From positions 1-50,527 of the forward strand of contig CAZLLG010000001.1 of the NCBI GenBank assembly GCA_964560275.1: DNA of 50,527 nucleotides. Reading direction: 5' to 3'. The notes below the pieces were generated by a model, which was not told the DNA's origin, did not search any database, and saw only the letters and a list, made by a program, of their open reading frames with translations. A program made the translations under genes and the position numbers. Position 1 is the first letter of the stretch; every line of letters starts with the position of its first letter. Below are positions 45,435 through 50,527 of the stretch, piece after piece. Source of the stretch: an uncultured Eubacteriales bacterium. GTDB taxonomy: Bacteria; Acidobacteriota; Aminicenantia; Aminicenantales; Aminicenantaceae.

Positions 45435-46448
45435 TTACACTTTTACTTCGAAAGAAGGCTGAAAAGATTTACCCAGCTCGATTTGGATTTTTTCCTGCAC
45501 TCTTTGTAAAACAAATTCGCGTGCCTGGCGCACTGCATTTTTTACAGCATTGGGGTTGGAGCGTCCATGACCGATGATGCAAACTCCGTTCAGGCCGAGA
45601 AGATGGGCCCCTCCAAATTCGGCGTAATCAATTTTTTTATACAACTTTTTTACATTCCTCTTCATGAGGGTGAACCCGATTTTGGCAAAGAGGTTCTTCA
45701 TGATCTCGGTCCGGGCCATGTTGAAAAATGTTTCCACGACTCCTTCGCTCACTTTGAGAGCGATGTTTCCCGTAAATCCATCACTGACAATAACATCCGC
45801 GTGACCTGAATAGATGTCCTTTCCTTCGATGTTGCCGATGAAGTTTAAAGCCGAGGACACAAGCCGTTCGTGAACCTCTTTAGTCAGATCGTTTCCTTTG
45901 ATCTCTTCCTCACCAATGCTCATGAGCGCAACCCGGGGATTTTTCAATCCCATGACAGATTCCATGAACACGTTCCCCATCACAGCAAACTGCACCAGAT
46001 GTTGAGGTTTGCAGTTGACATTGGCTCCGACATCAGTCAGAAGGGTTAGTCCCTTAAGCGTGGGGACCAGAACGGAAAGTGCCGGCCTCTCCACGCCCTG
46101 CAAGGCTCCCAAAACTTTTTTGGAAATGTACACGACAGCCGCAGTATTGCCCGTGCTGACAAAAGCCTCAGCTTCTTTGGCTTTGACCAGCTCCGTTCCG
46201 ATACGAATGGAAGATTTTTTCTTCCTGCGGATAGATAAAAGTCCCTCCTCCATATCGATGGATTCCAATGCATTGACGATAGTCACATTAGCCCGGGAAT
46301 GAGGTAGGCTGTCATATTCTTTTTTGATCACGTCTTCTTTGCCCACAAGCAGAACTTCGGCCTTGTATTCTAGAGAAGCCTGGATGGCCCCTTCAACAAC
46401 AACTCTCGGGCCAAAGTCACCACCCATCGCATCAACAGCAACCTTCAT
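45435..46448 (-). CDS. plsX: phosphate acyltransferase
   Basis: 337-aa ORF starting MKVAVDAMGGDFGP, typical of PlsX. It follows rpmF. Confidence 0.95.
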   Translation of the reverse strand: MKVAVDAMGGDFGPRVVVEGAIQASLEYKAEVLLVGKEDVIKKEYDSLPHSRANVTIVNALESIDMEEGLLSIRRKKKSSIRIGTELVKAKEAEAFVSTGNTAAVVYISKKVLGALQGVERPALSVLVPTLKGLTLLTDVGANVNCKPQHLVQFAVMGNVFMESVMGLKNPRVALMSIGEEEIKGNDLTKEVHERLVSSALNFIGNIEGKDIYSGHADVIVSDGFTGNIALKVSEGVVETFFNMARTEIMKNLFAKIGFTLMKRNVKKLYKKIDYAEFGGAHLLGLNGVCIIGHGRSNPNAVKNAVRQAREFVLQRVQEKIQIELGKSFQPSFEVKV

Positions 46449-46463
46449 TTTCCCCTACTCAAG

Positions 46464-46646
46464 TCACTCTTCGGTGCCTTCGATCACCTGCCGCCCTTTG
46501 TAGTGCCCACACTCGGGACAGGCCCTATGGGGCAACTTAGGGCTCCCACAGTTGGAACATAAAGACAGGGACGGGACCTCTAGAGCATCATGGGAACGTC
46601 TTTTCTTTTTTCTTGAATGAGAATGTCTTCGTTTTGGATTTGCCAT
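46464..46646 (-). CDS. rpmF: 50S ribosomal protein L32
   Basis: 60-aa ORF starting MANPKRRHSHSRKKKRRSH, with a CxxC...CxxC zinc ribbon. Confidence 0.95.
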   Translation of the reverse strand: MANPKRRHSHSRKKKRRSHDALEVPSLSLCSNCGSPKLPHRACPECGHYKGRQVIEGTEE

Positions 46647-47165
46647 TTATCTTTTATCTCTTAAAAATATTTTTAATTTATCCAGGCGAGAATCAGAATC
46701 AGGGGTAACACAGTGACATTCCCCATCCTTCTCGATCTTGCCGCAGACAGGACAAAGCCCCCGGCAGTCTTTTGAACACAACGGTTTGATGGGAAAAGTG
46801 AGGTTGACCTGCTCCAACACGACATCAAGAAGATCGATGACTGGACTCATATAGAAAAGTCTGTTCAGGTCCTTTTCTTCCAACTGATCCCCCAGATCTT
46901 CAAGCTCCTCAGGGAGATAGACAAGGTCAAATCTGGAATCCACCGGCATTTCGTATGGCGACAGGCACCGGCAGCAGACAAAGCTGAGCTGGGTCGTGAT
47001 CTCCCCAGTGATAAATATTTCATCCTGGATTCTTTTTATAGAGATGTCTGCATGAACCGGTTTGCGGAAAACTGCGTTTTCATCCACCAGATCAGTACTG
47101 AGAAATTCAAAATTTTTACTGATTTTCAGCTCTTTTTCGCTTAATCTATCTATCTCTATAATCAT
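46647..47165 (-). CDS. yceD: YceD-family (DUF177) protein
   Basis: 172-aa ORF with the C-terminal CSKDCRGLCPVCG...CHC motif. It sits in the conserved position upstream of rpmF. Confidence 0.85.
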   Translation of the reverse strand: MIIEIDRLSEKELKISKNFEFLSTDLVDENAVFRKPVHADISIKRIQDEIFITGEITTQLSFVCCRCLSPYEMPVDSRFDLVYLPEELEDLGDQLEEKDLNRLFYMSPVIDLLDVVLEQVNLTFPIKPLCSKDCRGLCPVCGKIEKDGECHCVTPDSDSRLDKLKIFLRDKR

Positions 47166-47195
47166 ATTTTAGGCTCTTTGGAAAAAAGTTAACCT

Positions 47196-47223
47196 ATTAT
47201 ACCATCTTGCTTTACTTTGTCAA
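47196..47223 (-). promoter_or_regulatory. consensus sigma70 promoter of the yceD-rpmF-plsX-fab operon (TTGACA-16 nt-TATAAT)
   Basis: Minus strand: TTGACA (47223-47218), 16-nt spacer, TATAAT (47201-47196), about 30 nt upstream of the yceD ATG. Confidence 0.6.
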
Positions 47224-47257
47224 TAAAGCAGATAACCATTAAACCTGAGAGTTCTGC

Positions 47258-47285
47258 TTGATATCGCTGGAAAGAGACGTATAAT
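47258..47285 (+). promoter_or_regulatory. sigma70 promoter of small ORF/polA unit (TTGATA-16 nt-TATAAT)
   Basis: TTGATA 47258-63, 16-nt spacer, TATAAT 47280-85. The ATG at 47310 is preceded by GGAAG. Confidence 0.6.
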
Positions 47286-47309
47286 AGGAAAAAAGAACCC
47301 GGAAGAAAC

Positions 47310-47561
47310 ATGGCAGGATTCAACACCAAAATCGAACACAGCGGAATCTCTTATATCGTTCAAACCCAGGATCTTGGAAGCCCCCTTTATTGTATCGAAT
47401 CCCTCATCTACAAATCCGGAAGAGCCCTTTCTCCTCGAAAGACGTTTTACTCACATCTCTTAAACAGTCCCACGCTCAAAGAGGACCTTCATGCTCTCCT
47501 CCAAGAACAACATAAAGCTGTACTCAAGGCCATTACCAACGGGCAGTTCGGTCACACCTAA
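47310..47561 (+). CDS. hypothetical small protein (83 aa)
   Basis: ORF directly behind a near-consensus promoter, ending 16 nt before the polA start. I recognised no family. Confidence 0.5.
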   Translation: MAGFNTKIEHSGISYIVQTQDLGSPLYCIESLIYKSGRALSPRKTFYSHLLNSPTLKEDLHALLQEQHKAVLKAITNGQFGHT

Positions 47562-47577
47562 ATCGCCAAAAAAACGA

Positions 47578-50253
47578 ATGGCTGAAGAAAAAATCTTTCT
47601 TATTGACGGGAATTCTCTTCTCTACCGTTCTTTTTACGCTATCAAACGCCTTTCCAATTCAAAAGGATTCCCGACAAACGCCATTTTTGGTTTTATCTCA
47701 ATTCTGCGCAAGTTGGTGGATTTACACCAGCCCGATTACTTAGGAATCGTCTTTGATACAAAAGGGCCAACTACCCGACACCTGGCATTCAAGGAATACA
47801 AAGCCCACCGCAAACCAATGCCAGACGACCTCGTCATTCAGATCCCAGTATTGAAGCAAATATTGAAGGCCCTAAATATTCCGATTCTCGAAAAACAAAA
47901 ATACGAAGCCGATGATATTCTCGGTAGTCTAACCCGCATCGTTCCCTCATATAATATCCATACCATTATCGTTTCGACAGATAAGGATCTGCTTCAGCTC
48001 GTAGACAAAAACACCTCCGTCTACAACACCTCAAAAGACCGGCTTCTCAACGAAGCCGGCGTAAAGGATCTTTTCGGTGTGTCTCCATCAAAAATTATTG
48101 ATGTCCTCGCGCTCTGGGGTGATGCTTCTGACAATATCCCAGGAGTCCCGGGAATTGGAGAAAAAACTTCAAAAGCGCTGATCAATCAATTCGGCTCTCT
48201 CGATGAACTTTTGGACAATCTCGACCGTGTCGAAAAAATTGGCCTCAGGGAAAAAATTAAAGAAAACTTAGACCAGCTGCTCCTGAGTCGGGAGCTGGTG
48301 ACCATCGAAAAAAACCTTGACGTGCCGTTTAATCCGGGTGATTTCACACTCAGTGAGCCGGACTATGAAGCGCTGATCCCCCTCCTTCAGGAAATGGAAT
48401 TCTCCTCTCTTCTTTCGGAGTACCTGACAAGGTCGGACCAAGAACACAGGGATTACACCATCATTTGGGAACAAGGTCAGCTCAAAGAGCTTGTGGATAA
48501 AATAAAAAAAGCCAAACGTGTGGCTCTGGACACTGAAACCGACAGCCCTTTTCCAACCCGGGCCCGCTTGGTGGGGATGTCATTTGCGATCGAAAATAAC
48601 AAGGCGTATTATCTTCCTCTCGGTCATGATTATCCTGACGTTCCAAATCAAATGTCAAAGACAAGGGCTTTCTCTCTCCTTAAAGAGATACTTTCTAATC
48701 CAAAAATTAAAAAAATCGGACAAAATATCAAGTACGATGCCATCGTGCTTAAGAGAGAGGGGCTGTCTGTTGAAGGGATCGATCTGGACACGATGGTTCT
48801 CTCCTATCTCCTGGAGCCGAATTGGGGAAAGCACAACCTGAATCGTCTATCCCTGTCCTATCTCCAAGTCAAAACCATTCCCTTTCAAGAGATCGCAGGA
48901 AAAGGCAAGGATGCAAAAACACTCAATGCGATCGATATTCAAAGGGTTGCTCCTTATGCCTGCCAGGACGCAGATTTAGCCCTCAAACTGAGCGACTTTC
49001 TCTGGCCCAAAGTTCAGAACCAAAAGATGGAATCGCTTTACAGACAAACCGAGTTGCCTCTGATTCCTGTCCTTTGCGACATGGAGATGCAAGGGATTAA
49101 AATCGACTCCTCGGCCTTAAAAAACCTCTCTAAGGAACTTCATGAGGACCTGGAGAGGCTCAAGACAAAAATTTTCGCCGTCAGTGGAGAAGAATTTAAT
49201 CTCAACTCGCCCCAACAGCTCGCTTACATCCTGTTCGAAAAACTCAATCTGCCTGCATCGCGGAAGACCAAAATAACAAAAGGGTATTCGACAAGCTTCA
49301 ACATCCTGCAGGAACTTTCCCAGAATTACCCTATTGCTTTGCATGCACTAGAATACAGGCAGCTCGCCAAGCTTAAATCCACATACGCCGATGCCCTTCC
49401 CCAACTCATCAATCCCAAAACCGGCCGCATCCACACGTCCTACAACCAGACGGTAGCTGCGACAGGACGTCTATCCAGCTCTGACCCTAACCTTCAAAAT
49501 ATCCCGGTCCGGGGAGAACTTGGCCCACGGTTCCGGCAGGCTTTTATCCCGGCTGAAGGACATCTATTCCTCTCCGCAGACTATTCCCAAATCGAACTTC
49601 GCGTCCTGGCCCATCTGTCCAAAGACCAGGCTTTGATCGATACTTTCATGAGGAATCAGGATGTTCACCAGGAAACTGCCAACCGAGTCTTCGGTCCAAC
49701 GTCCTCTCTTTTCGAAGACGAGCAGCGGCGACGAGCCAAGATCATCAACTTCAGTATGGTTTACGGAGCAGGGGCTTTTTCTATGGCGAAAGAGCTGGGG
49801 ACGACAATCGCCGAAGCCCAACAGTTCATCGATAGGTATTTTGAAAAATACCCGAACGTCCGCAATTTTCTCGAAAAAAGCGTAGAGGAAGCCAAAAAAA
49901 AAGGGTATTCCGAAACCCTCTTCGGAAGACGGCGACAGGTTCCAGAGCTTCTGCAAAGTGACCGTATGACACAACAAGCCGGCCGCCGGATCGCTCTCAA
50001 TACGCCTATCCAGGGAACAGCGGCAGACCTCATAAAAAAAGCCATGATCGATGTCTGGGCGGAACTCCGGCTGAATTCTCTGAAAAGCAAAATGCTTCTT
50101 CAGGTCCATGATGAACTGGTGTTCGAAGTCCCGGATGATGAACAGGACATCATGGACAGGCTCGTTAAAAAGAAGATGGAAAATGTCTTTTCTCTCGAGG
50201 TTCCCATTAAAGTCCATCTTGGCTGGGGCGTTAACTGGGCCGAAGCAAAATAA
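47578..50253 (+). CDS. polA: DNA polymerase I
   Basis: It has a 5'-3' exonuclease N-terminus (MAEEKIFLIDGNSLLYRSFYA), a 3'-5' exo motif (VALDTETDS) and pol motifs (DYSQIELRVLAH, QVHDELVFE). The ORF-track start 47491 would overlap the small ORF, and Met at 47578 gives the canonical N-terminus. Confidence 0.95.
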   Translation: MAEEKIFLIDGNSLLYRSFYAIKRLSNSKGFPTNAIFGFISILRKLVDLHQPDYLGIVFDTKGPTTRHLAFKEYKAHRKPMPDDLVIQIPVLKQILKALNIPILEKQKYEADDILGSLTRIVPSYNIHTIIVSTDKDLLQLVDKNTSVYNTSKDRLLNEAGVKDLFGVSPSKIIDVLALWGDASDNIPGVPGIGEKTSKALINQFGSLDELLDNLDRVEKIGLREKIKENLDQLLLSRELVTIEKNLDVPFNPGDFTLSEPDYEALIPLLQEMEFSSLLSEYLTRSDQEHRDYTIIWEQGQLKELVDKIKKAKRVALDTETDSPFPTRARLVGMSFAIENNKAYYLPLGHDYPDVPNQMSKTRAFSLLKEILSNPKIKKIGQNIKYDAIVLKREGLSVEGIDLDTMVLSYLLEPNWGKHNLNRLSLSYLQVKTIPFQEIAGKGKDAKTLNAIDIQRVAPYACQDADLALKLSDFLWPKVQNQKMESLYRQTELPLIPVLCDMEMQGIKIDSSALKNLSKELHEDLERLKTKIFAVSGEEFNLNSPQQLAYILFEKLNLPASRKTKITKGYSTSFNILQELSQNYPIALHALEYRQLAKLKSTYADALPQLINPKTGRIHTSYNQTVAATGRLSSSDPNLQNIPVRGELGPRFRQAFIPAEGHLFLSADYSQIELRVLAHLSKDQALIDTFMRNQDVHQETANRVFGPTSSLFEDEQRRRAKIINFSMVYGAGAFSMAKELGTTIAEAQQFIDRYFEKYPNVRNFLEKSVEEAKKKGYSETLFGRRRQVPELLQSDRMTQQAGRRIALNTPIQGTAADLIKKAMIDVWAELRLNSLKSKMLLQVHDELVFEVPDDEQDIMDRLVKKKMENVFSLEVPIKVHLGWGVNWAEAK

Positions 50254-50323
50254 AGATTATCACGCCAAAAACAGGAAAACCTCACTGATAAAAATTCATC
50301 GACCCTCTCCTCTCTAGGGGGGA

Positions 50324-50351
50324 TTGACTCTATTCTGCAATCCGCTATGAT
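50324..50351 (+). promoter_or_regulatory. candidate promoter (TTGACT-16 nt-TATGAT) for the right-edge ORF
   Basis: TTGACT 50324-29, 16-nt spacer, TATGAT 50346-51. The ATG at 50364 is 12 nt past the -10 and has no SD. Confidence 0.4.
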
Positions 50352-50363
50352 AAGTTCAATACA

Positions 50364-50527
50364 ATGGAAACCCTTTCATATATCGTTCTCATCCTGTTGT
50401 CTCTCGTTGGCTATTCCGCCGGAGTGACCAGGCGGGCCGGGAAAGTCAAAGATCTAGAACCGCAGCTTCTCGACATCTTCATCGTTTTGTTTATGGCCTG
50501 CTCCAGTATCGGAACATACTTTATCTT
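50364..50527 (+). CDS. hypothetical membrane protein (N-terminal fragment, runs off window)
   Basis: My translation reads METLSYIVLILLSLVGYSAGVTRRAGKVKDLEPQLLDIFIVLFMACSSIGTYFI. It shows two hydrophobic helices and the frame stays open to the window end. Confidence 0.4.
   Translation, partial: METLSYIVLILLSLVGYSAGVTRRAGKVKDLEPQLLDIFIVLFMACSSIGTYFI

Noticed and set aside
47491-47577. 29-codon upstream extension of polA.
   Set aside because: It overlaps the 83-aa ORF, and the canonical 5'-nuclease N-terminus begins at Met 47578.
1-50527. I looked for CRISPR arrays, transposases, integrases, toxin-antitoxin pairs, restriction-modification or other defence genes, and rRNA operons.
   Set aside because: I found none. 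Apart from the three R copies there are no regularly spaced direct repeats, and every sizeable ORF is accounted for by housekeeping or metabolic families.

Overview
This 50.5 kb window of moderate GC looks like bacterial core chromosome. I support about 48 protein genes and one tRNA. There are no rRNA genes, CRISPR arrays, transposases, integrases or phage genes. Most genes sit in long minus-strand housekeeping operons. (1) trxA (cut by the left edge), nadK, tlyA, dxs, xseB, xseA, ymdB, rny, zapA, a ZapB-like gene, pheT, pheS, rplT, rpmI, infC, thrS and tRNA-Val. (2) A Gfo/Idh/MocA oxidoreductase plus a YfcE-like phosphoesterase. (3) guaA, dnaE, a receiver-like protein, birA, coaX, a hypothetical, rnr and a SelB C-terminal-only protein. 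(4) yceD, rpmF, plsX, fabG, acpP, fabF, etfB and etfA. The plus-strand units are a tightly coupled six-gene block (cpgS-like P-loop protein, arcC, argF, a 738-aa orphan, an FAD oxidoreductase, an ornithine cyclodeaminase-family gene); then apgM, an amidase, a Tat-signal DUF362 protein and a membrane polyferredoxin; then a small ORF, polA and a partial membrane ORF at the right edge. Several ORF-track starts needed correction: infC uses a non-AUG ATC start, and etfB, polA, the polyferredoxin, the ZapB-like gene and dnaE start downstream of the longest ORF. The least ordinary items are: (a) a three-copy intergenic repeat or structured element (15362-15621, 36105-34, 41206-96) that I could not match to any RNA family I know; (b) a GC-rich, hairpin-dense island between two divergent promoters at 17228-17392; (c) the citrulline/ornithine operon, which has no arginine deiminase and carries two unexplained genes; (d) a GTPase-less SelB paralog; and (e) a receiver domain with all catalytic residues replaced. 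All functional calls come from reading the translations by eye, with no database search, and none of the unusual items is demonstrated to be a new system.
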